Of a stretch of DNA of 64,000 bases, positions 22,940 to 33,647 are shown piece after piece (position 1 is the stretch's first letter; each line of letters starts with the position of its first letter). The DNA comes from an uncultured Pelagibacteraceae bacterium (GTDB taxonomy: Bacteria; Pseudomonadota; Alphaproteobacteria; Pelagibacterales; AG-422-B15): contig CACGAG010000009.1 of the NCBI GenBank assembly GCA_902571005.1, forward strand, positions 184 through 64,183, written 5' to 3'. The notes beneath the pieces were generated by a model that searched no databases, had not been told where the DNA came from, and saw only the letters and a list, made by a program, of their open reading frames with translations. The translations under genes and the position numbers were made by a program.

Positions 22940-23967
22940 TAAATATTAATTTCCAAAACTTTAAATAAATTTCCCATATATTCTCTTTTGGTAAGTATTG
23001 CCAACTGTTCGTTTATTTGCTTCTCTTTCTTTGGGTTTTTCTTAATTAAGATATTAGCCCGATCTAAAATTCCATTTTGCCGAAGGAAATTAGATTGAGT
23101 CTTTATTGTAAAGTCATCAATTTTATTTTCTTCTAAAATATTTTGCAGGTTATTAAAGTCTACATGATATGTGATATCTTGATTACCGGGGTTATCAAGA
23201 AAATCAGTTTTTTTATTTGATTTAATTGACTGAAGTGTACTTATCTTAGGTAGATTAATATATCCATAATCAATTAGTAAAAAAAAACCGTTATTCATAA
23301 GCAAGAAATTGATTAATTCCTGAAAGATTAAATTAGTCTCAGGAGAAAATTCAATTACCTCAAGATGTTTAAGGTCTTGCATATTTTTTACAAATTTAGA
23401 AATATCTGGTCTCGGCTTAATAAAGTCAAATCTTAGACTATCCTTTTGATCTAATTTAATAACTGTTTCATAAATATTTCCGTTCCGACTCATTAATTGG
23501 CGCGTAGGAATCGCATCAAAAAACTCATTTGCTATTATTACTGAAAATTCATTGGGATATGAATTGAAATTTTTATATATTTTACAATTAGGATAGGTAT
23601 TTTTTAGATTTTGAATATAGAATTTATTAATTTCATTAAAGTGAATTGTATACTCGACATCTTCATTTAATAAAGCATTGAGTACTCTAGTAATATCGTT
23701 TATCAGAGCGCCTCTTCCTGGTCCTAGTTCAATTAAATTAAATTTTTTTATGTTTCTTGCATGAATGAGGTTTAATATTTTTACAGCAATTATTTCACCA
23801 AACATTTGAGATATTTCAGGTGCAGTAACAAAATCTCCATCTTTGCCTATAGCTTTGTTAGACGTATAGTATCCATGCTCTTCATCTCTTAATGAAATAT
23901 TCATAAAATCATCTAGATAGAGAAAGGCACTTTCTTTTAAAGCATCATAAATTTTATCTTGTATCAT
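22939..23967 (-). CDS. SAM-dependent methyltransferase, MidA/NDUFAF7 family
   Basis: GDFVTAPEISQMFGE, ELGPGRG, ANEFFDAIP, IDYG, DITYHVDF. Confidence 0.9.
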   Translation of the reverse strand: MIQDKIYDALKESAFLYLDDFMNISLRDEEHGYYTSNKAIGKDGDFVTAPEISQMFGEIIAVKILNLIHARNIKKFNLIELGPGRGALINDITRVLNALLNEDVEYTIHFNEINKFYIQNLKNTYPNCKIYKNFNSYPNEFSVIIANEFFDAIPTRQLMSRNGNIYETVIKLDQKDSLRFDFIKPRPDISKFVKNMQDLKHLEVIEFSPETNLIFQELINFLLMNNGFFLLIDYGYINLPKISTLQSIKSNKKTDFLDNPGNQDITYHVDFNNLQNILEENKIDDFTIKTQSNFLRQNGILDRANILIKKNPKKEKQINEQLAILTKREYMGNLFKVLEINI

Positions 23968-24766
23968 TTTTAATGCTTTTAATTACTAAAATTAAAATTC
24001 CAGCAAGAAACATTGGTAAAGATAATATCATGCCCATTGTAAGAAAATGATATACAAATCCTAATTGAATATCGGGCTCGCGTGTAAATTCAATGGTAAA
24101 TCGAAATAATCCATAAAGCATCAGAAAGACACCTGAGATTATTCCAGGGTTTTTAAGTTTTTTAAATTTAAAAATTAAAAAATTTAAAATTATAAATAAT
24201 AAAAGTCCTTCTAAAAAAGCTTCATATAATTGACTTGGATGACGATACTGGTTGTCAGCGTTTGGAAATTTCATTCCAATAAGAAAATTTGAAGGTCTAC
24301 CAAATAATTCGCCATTTATAAAATTAGATATTCTGCCAAAAAATATTCCAACAGGAGCTGATACACATATCAAATCGCTTATTTCAAAAAAAGTAGTTTT
24401 ATAGAGCTTTGAAATTATTATGGCGGCTGTAACAATACCAAGCAAACCTCCGTGAAAGGATAAACCTCCTTGCCAAAGATACAATATCTCAATTAGATTT
24501 TCAGAGTAATAATCATAATTATAGAAAATCACATATCCCAATCGTGCTCCTATAATTAATCCAATAATTGAATAAAAAATTAGATCATCTATTAGTTTTT
24601 CATTTATGCTATTACTATGAGAAACTGCTTTATTTGAAGCGAGATATTTAATGTATCTCCAAGCAAATATAAATCCTACAATATACGCAAGTGAGTACCA
24701 ACGGATATCAAGAGGACCAATCGAAAAAAAAACTGGACTAATAGATGGAAAACTAAGATAAATCAC
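23954..24766 (-). CDS. lgt: Prolipoprotein diacylglyceryl transferase
   Basis: IRWYSLAY, GARLGYV, GGLSFHGG, GRISNFINGEL, HPSQLYEA; GTG start. Confidence 0.96.
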   Translation of the reverse strand: MIYLSFPSISPVFFSIGPLDIRWYSLAYIVGFIFAWRYIKYLASNKAVSHSNSINEKLIDDLIFYSIIGLIIGARLGYVIFYNYDYYSENLIEILYLWQGGLSFHGGLLGIVTAAIIISKLYKTTFFEISDLICVSAPVGIFFGRISNFINGELFGRPSNFLIGMKFPNADNQYRHPSQLYEAFLEGLLLFIILNFLIFKFKKLKNPGIISGVFLMLYGLFRFTIEFTREPDIQLGFVYHFLTMGMILSLPMFLAGILILVIKSIKNDTR

Positions 24767-24807
24767 GGTAATTTTGAATAATATTTAAAATATATTTATC
24801 ACTAATT

Positions 24808-24957
24808 ATGATCACAAGGAAAGTTTTAATTAATAAATTTGTTAACTTTGTTACAAAAGGCTTTGAGCTTTCGCAGGCGATCAATGGTGAATACAAAACA
24901 ATAAAAAAGTTTAAAAAAGATAGAATTAATGCCAAAGAAAAAAAACATTGCAAATAG
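24808..24957 (+). CDS. Possible short ORF (49 aa) at the usual ubiK/BMFP position; possibly a degenerate remnant
   Basis: ATG 24808 to TAG 24957, MITRKVLINKFVNFVTKGFELSQAINGEYKTIKKFKKDRINAKEKKHCK; divergent from lgt, overlaps the proC start by 29 bp. Confidence 0.25.
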   Translation: MITRKVLINKFVNFVTKGFELSQAINGEYKTIKKFKKDRINAKEKKHCK

Positions 24958-25780
24958 TTTAAATAAAGAAAAATTTTTAATAATTGGTGCTGGTAATATG
25001 GGAATTGCTGTGATCAAGTCATTATTTAACCACCGAATTTCCTCAAAAAAAATCGTGGTTATTGAAAAGAATCAGTCAAGCGAATTAAAAAAATTAAAAA
25101 GATCAAATAATTTTGAAATAAAAAATAGTATAGATAAAATTAATAATCTTTATCAACCTACAATCACGCTTATTGCTGTTAAGCCTAATCAATTAAAAAC
25201 ACTGAATGGATTAGATAAAGATAATAGACTTGGTAATTCAATTATAGTTTCCGTAGTTGCTGGTAAAAAAATAAAAGATTTAAATAAAGTCTTTAAAAAA
25301 ACATCAGGTATTGTAAGAGCTATGACCAATACTCCTGTATCTGTTAATATGGGTACCACAATTGTATATTTTGAGAGAAAAATAAAAACAAAACAAAAAA
25401 AACCTATTTTTGATTTCATGTCCTTATTGGGGCAAGTCAGTGAAACCAAAAAAGAAGATTTAATTGATGATTTCACTGCAATTTTTGGAAGTGGTCCAGC
25501 ATACATATATCTTTTTATAAATTCTCTCATTGAGATAGCTAATAAATCGGGGTTTAAAAATTCGGACAGTATGGTTTTACAGACTTTCTTAGGATCAATA
25601 TTACTATTATTAAGTGGACAAAAAAAGCCGTCTGATTTACAGAAAAAGGTGACAAGTAAGGGAGGCACCACCGAAGCAGCGCTGAGTATTCTTGCTTCCA
25701 ATAGAGGGTTAAAAAGTCTTCTCACAAAAGCTGTCAACAAAGCAACAAAAAGATCTAGAGAATTGGGTAAAATTTCTTAA
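24929..25780 (+). CDS. proC: Pyrroline-5-carboxylate reductase
   Basis: IIGAGNMG, AVKP, RAMTNTP, TAIFGSGPAY, VTSKGGTTEA. Confidence 0.95.
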   Translation: MPKKKNIANSLNKEKFLIIGAGNMGIAVIKSLFNHRISSKKIVVIEKNQSSELKKLKRSNNFEIKNSIDKINNLYQPTITLIAVKPNQLKTLNGLDKDNRLGNSIIVSVVAGKKIKDLNKVFKKTSGIVRAMTNTPVSVNMGTTIVYFERKIKTKQKKPIFDFMSLLGQVSETKKEDLIDDFTAIFGSGPAYIYLFINSLIEIANKSGFKNSDSMVLQTFLGSILLLLSGQKKPSDLQKKVTSKGGTTEAALSILASNRGLKSLLTKAVNKATKRSRELGKIS

Positions 25781-27081
25781 TTTGGTATTTCAATCGCAAC
25801 CTCTAAACCTCCTAAATAACTATCGTGCAGTGATATTTTTCCATTTATTGAATTCAATAGAGATTTAGTAGTAGCTAGACCTAATCCAGAGTTTGAGACA
25901 TTCTGATTTCTACTTTGGTCTACTCTATAGAAAGGTTTAAATACATTATCTTTTTCGCTATCAGGAATACCAATTCCATTGTCATGAATATTTATTTTAA
26001 TTAGGTTTTTGTTTATATCTGCTTTAATTATTATTTTGTCTGATTGTACTATCGCATTATTTAATATATTTGTAATTGAACGGGAAAAAATATTCTCATT
26101 TACAAAAACTTCTTCATCATTAATGATTTCAAGGTTAATTTCGTGTTTTGTAAAATGTATATCATTCTTAATATTTATAATTGCCTCAATAGGATTAATT
26201 GTAGATTTATCTTTTGACTCATTTATGGCTGCAAAATCTAAATATTCTACCAGCATATCATTCATCTGATTTATTTCTAAATTAAGTTCATTTTTAATTT
26301 CATTGTCCTTTATTGACTCAAGAAGTAACTTCATTCTCGTGAGAGGAGTTTTTAAGTCGTGACTCACTCCCGCCAACATAAGAGATCGTTGTTCAATTTG
26401 TCTTGATATTCGATTTTTCATTTTTAAAAATTCCAAACTTGCTTGTCTTACTTCGAGGGCACCTGATACTTTGAAATTATTTACTTCTTGTCCTTTACCA
26501 AATTGCTCCGCTGCCTTGGCCAAGTTCGAAATTGGTTTAACTTGATTTTTTAAAAATAAATATGCTATCAAAATAAGGATAAATGATGAAATAATCTGCC
26601 AACCTAAAAATATATGGTTTCTTGAAGTTGTTATTCGATTAATAGGAAAATTAAAATGTATCACTTTTTCTGAAGCAATTATCATAACGTCGACTGTTTC
26701 GTTATTTTGTTCAAAAACAAAAAACTCATGATTAATACGTGTATTTAGCTCATTCTTTAGGCTAACAAGCACTTGATTATCTTTTTGCTTGTCATTTAAC
26801 TGTTCCAAATCATATTTGCTTAATTCTTGAATATTCATTAAAAAATAATCTCCAAATTGATTATTGGCTTGATTTTGATCTAATTTGATTTCACTTGAGA
26901 GCATTCTGTCAGAAATTAATTCTATTTCCATTGCAACAGATCTGGATAAGCGATTAAGTGTGCGCTCCCATAAGCTATTATAATAATATGATAAAATTAT
27001 TAATTGAAACATAACAATTGGAAAAAGGACAATTAATATTGTTCTTCCTAAAAGACTCGTTGGTAGAATTTTTTTAATCAT
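25777..27081 (-). CDS. EnvZ-like sensor histidine kinase
   Basis: 2 TM, HAMP, H-box GVSHDLKTPLTR, DNGIGI, GLGLA. Confidence 0.92.
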   Translation of the reverse strand: MIKKILPTSLLGRTILIVLFPIVMFQLIILSYYYNSLWERTLNRLSRSVAMEIELISDRMLSSEIKLDQNQANNQFGDYFLMNIQELSKYDLEQLNDKQKDNQVLVSLKNELNTRINHEFFVFEQNNETVDVMIIASEKVIHFNFPINRITTSRNHIFLGWQIISSFILILIAYLFLKNQVKPISNLAKAAEQFGKGQEVNNFKVSGALEVRQASLEFLKMKNRISRQIEQRSLMLAGVSHDLKTPLTRMKLLLESIKDNEIKNELNLEINQMNDMLVEYLDFAAINESKDKSTINPIEAIINIKNDIHFTKHEINLEIINDEEVFVNENIFSRSITNILNNAIVQSDKIIIKADINKNLIKINIHDNGIGIPDSEKDNVFKPFYRVDQSRNQNVSNSGLGLATTKSLLNSINGKISLHDSYLGGLEVAIEIPN

Positions 27082-27762
27082 TTAATCAATCCATAATTCA
27101 TAACCAGAGCCTCTCTTTGTTTTAAGAAATTTAGGCATCTTAGGATTTTTTTCTATTTTTTTTCTTAGTCTATTAATACAAACATCTAATGTTCTTTCTT
27201 GATTAAAATTAAGTGATTTGATCAGTTCCTCTCTTGAAAATGACTTACCAGGAACTTTTGACAATATTTTCAAGATTTTTAATTCATTTTCATTCAGAGA
27301 TTGTTCATTTAGTTTTCCCTTTATCACACCACTTTTTAAATCTATGATGATATTATCAAGTTGAATTTTTCTATTTTCTTTTTTTAGTGAAGTTTTATTG
27401 AGAATATTATTAATACGTAAGAGTAATTCTTTTGGTTCAAAAGGTTTACCCAAATAATCATCTGCTCCAATTTCTAAACCATGGACCCTGTCTTCAGTTT
27501 CTCCCATTGCAGTTAGGTGAATTATAGGTATTAGGGATTTTTCTCGAATTTCTTTTGTTAATTCATAACCATTTTGTCCTGGCATCATTATGTCAATAAC
27601 AAGTAAATCGAATGTAATATATTTTAGTACTTCTTTTGCCTCAGTGGCATTACTTGCTGTTGATACAAGGTACTTATTGTCAACTAAAAATGTCTTTAAC
27701 AATTCTCTAATCTTGTCATCATCATCAACTAAAAGAATATGTAGATTATTTTCACTCATCAA
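27082..27762 (-). CDS. OmpR/PetR-like response regulator
   Basis: LLVDDD, DIMMPG, GADDYLGKPF, winged-helix C-terminus; petP-petR-kinase arrangement. Confidence 0.92.
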   Translation of the reverse strand: MMSENNLHILLVDDDDKIRELLKTFLVDNKYLVSTASNATEAKEVLKYITFDLLVIDIMMPGQNGYELTKEIREKSLIPIIHLTAMGETEDRVHGLEIGADDYLGKPFEPKELLLRINNILNKTSLKKENRKIQLDNIIIDLKSGVIKGKLNEQSLNENELKILKILSKVPGKSFSREELIKSLNFNQERTLDVCINRLRKKIEKNPKMPKFLKTKRGSGYELWID

Positions 27763-28229
27763 TGTTCCTCTATAAATGAATTAATTACTTGATTAAATCC
27801 TTGCACTGAACCAGCCCCAGACTTTACATAGGCTTTTGAAAGTGAATTGATAATGGGTTTTATTGCCTCGTTTAAAGCCTTGTTAGCATTATCTGTCATA
27901 AATAAATTTTTTTTTCTTGCATCATCATTGTTTATTTTTTGAATAATTAAGTTTTCTTTGATGAGAACTCTGAGTACACGATTAAGGCTTTGTTTTCTTA
28001 TATCCAATTTCTTCAGTAGTTCATTAAATGTTATTCCGGGCTTAATATTTATTATCAAAAGACATCTTATATCGGCTATGCCCAATTTTTTATCATCAAG
28101 GCTTGCTAAAATTTCTTTTTCCAGAATTTTTGCAACTTCAAAAAAACTATTTAATGAATTTTTGATTCTGTCTTCACGCAGGTAAAGTAGGGATGCAGAT
28201 TTATTTGATATTGTATTTAAGTCAGCCAC
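27759..28229 (-). CDS. MarR-family regulator (PetP-like)
   Basis: KQSLNRVLRVL winged HTH, DARKKNL; divergent from ilvE as for alphaproteobacterial petP. Confidence 0.8.
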   Translation of the reverse strand: MADLNTISNKSASLLYLREDRIKNSLNSFFEVAKILEKEILASLDDKKLGIADIRCLLIINIKPGITFNELLKKLDIRKQSLNRVLRVLIKENLIIQKINNDDARKKNLFMTDNANKALNEAIKPIINSLSKAYVKSGAGSVQGFNQVINSFIEEH

Positions 28230-28310
28230 TATGACATAATAATCTTAAAAATATATATTAATCAAGCCATTTATCTGTTATTAAACTTTTAATTTATTTG
28301 AGTAATTTGC

Positions 28311-29192
28311 ATGGAAATAGCACCATTTGATAATAGAGAGGGTTTTATTTGGATGAACGGAGAGTTCATCAAATGGAATGATGCAAAATGCCATGTTATT
28401 ACTCAGGGTCTTCACTATGCTAGCGCTGTGTTTGAAGGAGAAAGAGCCTATAAAGGGAAGATTTTTAAATCTGAAGAACACACAAAAAGGCTATTTAGAT
28501 CAGCGGAAATTGTAGGCATAAAAATTCCATATAGTCAGTCCCAAATTAATGAGGCCAAAGATGAACTCATTAAAAAAATGAATTTTGAAGATTGTTATGT
28601 TAGGCCAATTGCATGGAGAGGGTCTCAGCAAATGGGAATTTCAACTGCTAAATCTGATATTAATGTTGCAATCGCAGTGTGGAATGATTGGGCATCATAT
28701 TTCAAAATCGAAGATCGAAAAGCTGGTCTACGATTAATAACTTCACCATGGAAACGGCCATCACCTGATACAGCGCCATGCGAAGCAAAAGCATCTGGTC
28801 CTTACGTTATTTGTACAATGTCAAAAGAATTTGCGGAGGAAAAAGGGTACCATGATGCCCTAATGTTAGACTATAGGGGCTATGTTGCTGAAGGTACAGG
28901 AGCTAATATTTTCTTTGTTAAAGGAAAAGAAATTCATACTCCAATTCCTGATTGTTTTCTTAATGGTATAACTAGGCAAACTGTTATTGAAATGGTTAAA
29001 GAGCAAGGCTTTAATATTACTGAGCGTCATATAAAGCCAGAAGAAATTAGCAATTTTGATGAGGCCTTTCTAACAGGTACCGCAGCAGAGATTACGCCAA
29101 TTCAGTCTATTGACAATATAAAATTCGATACTGGAGACAATACCCAAAATTTTAAGTTTATGCAGGATTATCACGAAATTGTGAGATCTTAA
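28311..29192 (+). CDS. ilvE: Branched-chain amino acid aminotransferase
   Basis: GLHYASAVFEG, AKASGPY, EGTGANIF, LNGITR, TGTAAEITP. Confidence 0.95.
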   Translation: MEIAPFDNREGFIWMNGEFIKWNDAKCHVITQGLHYASAVFEGERAYKGKIFKSEEHTKRLFRSAEIVGIKIPYSQSQINEAKDELIKKMNFEDCYVRPIAWRGSQQMGISTAKSDINVAIAVWNDWASYFKIEDRKAGLRLITSPWKRPSPDTAPCEAKASGPYVICTMSKEFAEEKGYHDALMLDYRGYVAEGTGANIFFVKGKEIHTPIPDCFLNGITRQTVIEMVKEQGFNITERHIKPEEISNFDEAFLTGTAAEITPIQSIDNIKFDTGDNTQNFKFMQDYHEIVRS

Positions 29193-29193
29193 C

Positions 29194-29736
29194 TTAAAAT
29201 ATACTTTTGAAATATTGATAACCGCTGATCAGCGTGATTATGGTTGAAAACCAGAACAGATAAATACCTATATTTAATAAAGGACTCAAATCTGTGTAGA
29301 TGCTTCCTATTAAGATTAAAAATAAACTCAAAATTTGAAAAGCAGTTTTATATTTTCCTAATATAGAAACATCTATTTTTTTTACTTCTGGTAAATTAGA
29401 TGCATACTCTCTTAGACCAGAGATAAAAATTTCTCTAAATATTATTAAGTAGGCTGGAATTAAATTAATCTCATTAATATAATCATTATAGATAAATGTA
29501 ATTATTAACAATACGACAAATAGTTTATCTGCTATAGGATCTAACATTTTACCAAATTCAGATGTACTATTCATTTTTCTAGCAATTATCCCGTCAAAAT
29601 AATCTGACAATGCAATAACAATAAACAAAATAAGAATTGCCATATTAAACAAGCTATCACCATCTATGATAAAATATATTAACAATGGTAATAAAAAAAT
29701 TCTAAGTAGAGTGAGAAAATTTGGTAACTTAGACAT
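29194..29736 (-). CDS. pgsA: CDP-diacylglycerol--glycerol-3-phosphate phosphatidyltransferase
   Basis: PNFLTLLRI, DYFDGIIAR, GKMLDPIADK; uvrC-pgsA synteny. Confidence 0.93.
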   Translation of the reverse strand: MSKLPNFLTLLRIFLLPLLIYFIIDGDSLFNMAILILFIVIALSDYFDGIIARKMNSTSEFGKMLDPIADKLFVVLLIITFIYNDYINEINLIPAYLIIFREIFISGLREYASNLPEVKKIDVSILGKYKTAFQILSLFLILIGSIYTDLSPLLNIGIYLFWFSTIITLISGYQYFKSIF

Positions 29737-31568
29737 TATCCATTAAAATATGCATATATTTTTTCTGAAAGCAACTTACTAATTCCTCTAACTTTCATCA
29801 TATCCTGAGCTGAGGCATTTTTAATATTTTTAACTGATCCAAAATGATTCAAAAGTAATTTTCTTCTGCTTCGTCCTAAACCTTCTATCGGTTCTAGTTC
29901 TGAAGCATGCATTTCTATCTTTCTTTTCGCTTTATGTGCCCCGATTGCGTAGCGATGTGATTCATCTCTAATTCTCTGAATAAAGAAAAAGGAGGGAGTA
30001 TTTTTATCAATAAAGTTTTTTTTATTTTTATATATTATTTGATCTAATGACTCTTTTCTTCCTTCACCCTTAAATATTGATATTAGTTCCATTTCACTCA
30101 AACCTTTAGTTTCTAAGATTTCTCTTGCTAAATCGTAGTGACCTTTACCTCCATCAATAACCAATAAATCAGGCAATTTTTCATATTTTTTAGAATTTTT
30201 GATTGCTTCTTTTGAAAATCTTCTTTCAAGGACGTGTCTCATCATTCCGTAGTCGTCACCGAGTTTCACTTTTGATGAGTCTATATTAAATTTTCTGTAT
30301 GATTTTTTTTCAAACCCTTCTTCAGAGTAAACAATCATTGCACCAACTGCATTTTTGCCCGATAGATGACTGTTGTCATAGGCTTCAACTCTTTTTATTT
30401 TTTTAGTCATATTGAGTACTTTCGAAAGTTGGCTCAGATTCTCTTTGTCAGAGTGAGATTGTGCAATGTGATTTTTAAGTGCTAGTTCTGAGTTTCTACT
30501 TGCATAGTTTACTATATCTAATTTTTTTCCTTTTTTAGGGACAAAAAAAGATGCCTTGTAATTATAAATGGATTTAAGAGATGTTTCGATAAGAGATGAA
30601 TTTTTTATAGGTAAGTTTAATAATACATTTTTTGGAGGGGAATATCTTGTATAGAAATCAACAATAAAACGCTCTAGGATCTCATAAGTTTCCACTTCAT
30701 CGCTGTGTTTTGGAAAATAAGATCTATTTCCCCAATTTTGACCTGACCTATAAATAAATACTTGAACACATGATTTATTACCTTTTCTTGAAATTGAAAT
30801 CACGTCAGTATTTTTTACATCGTAAAGATTTATATTTTGCTGACTTTGAATCTGGGTTAGTGCAACTATCTTATCTCTATAGCTAGCTGCTTTTTCATAA
30901 TTAAGACTTTTACTTTCTTCATCCATTTTAGAAGATAGCTCCTCTTGTAAATTGCTATGTTGACCTGAAAGAAAGTGCTCAGCATTCTTAACACTTTGTA
31001 AATACTCTTTTTTACTTAATGTATAATCAACACAGGGACCACTGCACCTTTCAATTTGATAAAGAAGACATGGTTTAGATCTATTTTGAAAAATAGTATC
31101 ATCGCACGACCTTAGTAGAAAAACTTTCTGTAATATTTTCAGAGTATAATTAAGTGAATTAATTGTTGCGAACGGACCAAAATATTTTCCCTTATATTTT
31201 TGTTTTCCTCTATGTTTTGAAATTTGTGGAAATTCTTGCTCGTGATTAATAAAAATATAAGGAAATGATTTATCATCTCGTAAAAGTATATTGAAAGGAG
31301 GTTTAAGTTTTTTTATTAAATTTGCCTCAAGCAGCAAAGCTTCTTTTTCTGTCTCTGTAATAATTACTTCAATATTTGATATTCTACTAACCATCCTTCT
31401 GATTCGATTTGAGAGATTGTTAGTGTTTAGATAGCTTTTAAGTCTATTTTGAAGATTTTTTGCTTTACCAACATACATAATCTCTTCTTTTTCATTCAGC
31501 ATTTTATAAATACCGGAGGAAGAGGGGGATTGGTCGATTATTTCTTTAATATTCTCAAGATTATTCAT
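29736..31568 (-). CDS. uvrC: Excinuclease ABC subunit C
   Basis: GIY-YIG YVGKAKNL, LRDDKSFPYI, YDNSH, DGGKGH, RDESHRYAI, HhH. Confidence 0.97.
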   Translation of the reverse strand: MNNLENIKEIIDQSPSSSGIYKMLNEKEEIMYVGKAKNLQNRLKSYLNTNNLSNRIRRMVSRISNIEVIITETEKEALLLEANLIKKLKPPFNILLRDDKSFPYIFINHEQEFPQISKHRGKQKYKGKYFGPFATINSLNYTLKILQKVFLLRSCDDTIFQNRSKPCLLYQIERCSGPCVDYTLSKKEYLQSVKNAEHFLSGQHSNLQEELSSKMDEESKSLNYEKAASYRDKIVALTQIQSQQNINLYDVKNTDVISISRKGNKSCVQVFIYRSGQNWGNRSYFPKHSDEVETYEILERFIVDFYTRYSPPKNVLLNLPIKNSSLIETSLKSIYNYKASFFVPKKGKKLDIVNYASRNSELALKNHIAQSHSDKENLSQLSKVLNMTKKIKRVEAYDNSHLSGKNAVGAMIVYSEEGFEKKSYRKFNIDSSKVKLGDDYGMMRHVLERRFSKEAIKNSKKYEKLPDLLVIDGGKGHYDLAREILETKGLSEMELISIFKGEGRKESLDQIIYKNKKNFIDKNTPSFFFIQRIRDESHRYAIGAHKAKRKIEMHASELEPIEGLGRSRRKLLLNHFGSVKNIKNASAQDMMKVRGISKLLSEKIYAYFNG

Positions 31569-31996
31569 TATTCTGAACGAGAGCGTTCAACTTCGATGCC
31601 TGCACTTTCAGCTTCTTGAATTGCATCAAGTTTTTCAAGTCTTATCTTCATAGTTTGAATTCTTTTGTTTTTAAAACACTCCTGAAATATTTTTTCAGCA
31701 AGTTTTTCTAATAAAATTGTATGACCAGATTTAATAATTTTTTTAATTTTTTTTGAAATCTGATTATAACACACAACACTGTACAATTTATCATCATTTA
31801 TTTTTTTTGGATTTTTAACTTTAGCAATTATATTTATGCGGAGTGGTTGGCTCTTTATTTTCTCGTGTTTGTATACTCCAATGTTTGCATTGATCATAAA
31901 ATCATTTAAAAATATTAAATCGTATCCAGAATTTGGATTGATCAAATCTGTTTCTGACCTTAATTCACTTAATTTAAGAATATTCCTTGCTGTCAT
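31568..31996 (-). CDS. folB: Dihydroneopterin aldolase
   Basis: IGVYKHEK..QPLRINI, Y, LLEKLAE, KLDA, GIEVER. Confidence 0.85.
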   Translation of the reverse strand: MTARNILKLSELRSETDLINPNSGYDLIFLNDFMINANIGVYKHEKIKSQPLRINIIAKVKNPKKINDDKLYSVVCYNQISKKIKKIIKSGHTILLEKLAEKIFQECFKNKRIQTMKIRLEKLDAIQEAESAGIEVERSRSE

Positions 31997-32715
31997 GATA
32001 AATGTTCCCCACCATCTACAGCTATAAATTGACCTGTAATTGATTTTGATTCAAGAAGAAATTTAACTGTTCTGGCAATCTCCTCCGGCGGTGAACCTAT
32101 TTTAAGTAGAGTATTTTTGATCGATTTATCAAAATGTTTTTTTGATTGATGAATATTTTTAAGTGTCGGGCCTGGGCCAATCGCATTAACCCTAATGTTA
32201 GGAGCAAATGATTTTGCCATGATTGTAGTTGCAGATAGTAAAGCAGATTTTGAAATGGAGTAGGAAAAGAACGATGTATCTGGATTGACTACATTTTGAT
32301 CCAATATATTTATGACATGCCCTAAGCTCTTTTTTGGAAGTTGTTTATTAAATTCTTTAGATATTATTAGAGGGGCGTATAAGTTTATATTCATATGATC
32401 ATACCAAAGTTTATCATTTAAATTTTCTATATTATCATTAATGAATAAGGAGGCATTATTAACAATTGCGTGTATTGGTCCAAAGAATTTTTTACTTCTT
32501 TTAATCATATTTTTAACATCGGATATTTTAGACAAATCAGTTTTTACTATTTCGCAATCGCGCCCGTAACTATTAATAATACTTTTCAACTCTCTGGCTG
32601 CTTTTGAAGACTTGTTATAGTGTATTATAAAATTATAATGAGAATCTTTGAGAAACAGTGCAATTGATCTACCAATTCTTTGGGAACCGCCTGTAATTAA
32701 TATTGTTTTTTTCAT
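31993..32715 (-). CDS. Short-chain dehydrogenase, pteridine-reductase/FolM-like
   Basis: TGGSQRIG, NNAS, YSISK, NAIGPG; coupled to folB. Confidence 0.85.
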   Translation of the reverse strand: MKKTILITGGSQRIGRSIALFLKDSHYNFIIHYNKSSKAARELKSIINSYGRDCEIVKTDLSKISDVKNMIKRSKKFFGPIHAIVNNASLFINDNIENLNDKLWYDHMNINLYAPLIISKEFNKQLPKKSLGHVINILDQNVVNPDTSFFSYSISKSALLSATTIMAKSFAPNIRVNAIGPGPTLKNIHQSKKHFDKSIKNTLLKIGSPPEEIARTVKFLLESKSITGQFIAVDGGEHLS

Positions 32716-33647
32716 AATATAAAAGAATACCCAAGATATAAAAAATAACTAATTAAGAAAAAAGCAGAATGTATTTTTCTCATTTGAATTCTTAAAATTG
32801 CCATAAGAGCTATCATCAAAGTTACTAATATTAAAATATATATGTGAAATACATCTATATTTTTTAGAGAATATTCAAGCCCTCTAAGTTGAACAATTAT
32901 AACTCCTGGTAGGAAAACAAATAGTATGTTCATAATATTACTACCAATAACATTACCAATACCTATAGAGCCTTTCTTTTTTAAGTAAGAAATAATAACA
33001 GTTATCAGTTCAGGTAAGGATGTGCCAATAGCCAGAACAAAAATACCTATTAGTACCTCGTTAACTCCTAACGTTTGAAAAATATTCAGTGAACTGTCTA
33101 AAAAGATTTTTCCACCGGTAAAAATGCCTATGAAGGCACTTAGTAAAATTAAATAAGTGTATTTCCCAAAAATTTTTTGTTCTTCATTTTGGTCTGAGGA
33201 TTTATAATTACGAAGAAAATTGATAAAGAACAAAGTTAAAACTAAATAGCCGATTGTGTGAATGAGAGTGACTGTTTGGCTAATATAAAATAAGAGTGCG
33301 AAGTATAAAGATATTAGAAGTAAGAAAAAAACATCCTTAGTGCCTAATTTATCTAGATTAATTTTAAAAAAAAATGCTGAAGTTCCTAAAATTAGTAAAA
33401 TATTTGCAATATTAGATCCTATAATATTTCCCGTAATGGCATCAGTAGCTGGAACAATCTTTGTTGCAGCAAATAGAGTTATAACTAGTTCAGGCGCTGA
33501 TGTACCAAACGCTACAATTGTTAAACCTATTAATACTGGGGATAAATTGAACTTTTTAGCAATTGCGTCAGCCGACTCAATCATTTTATCTGCACTGTAT
33601 AAAAGAAGAGATAATCCTATTAACAGTATGCAGAAATCTATATACAT
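32712..33647 (-). CDS. Ca2+/Na+ antiporter (YrbG-like)
   Basis: Two alpha repeats GTSAPE and GTSLPE, GNIIGSN/GNVIGSN. Confidence 0.92.
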   Translation of the reverse strand: MYIDFCILLIGLSLLLYSADKMIESADAIAKKFNLSPVLIGLTIVAFGTSAPELVITLFAATKIVPATDAITGNIIGSNIANILLILGTSAFFFKINLDKLGTKDVFFLLLISLYFALLFYISQTVTLIHTIGYLVLTLFFINFLRNYKSSDQNEEQKIFGKYTYLILLSAFIGIFTGGKIFLDSSLNIFQTLGVNEVLIGIFVLAIGTSLPELITVIISYLKKKGSIGIGNVIGSNIMNILFVFLPGVIIVQLRGLEYSLKNIDVFHIYILILVTLMIALMAILRIQMRKIHSAFFLISYFLYLGYSFIL

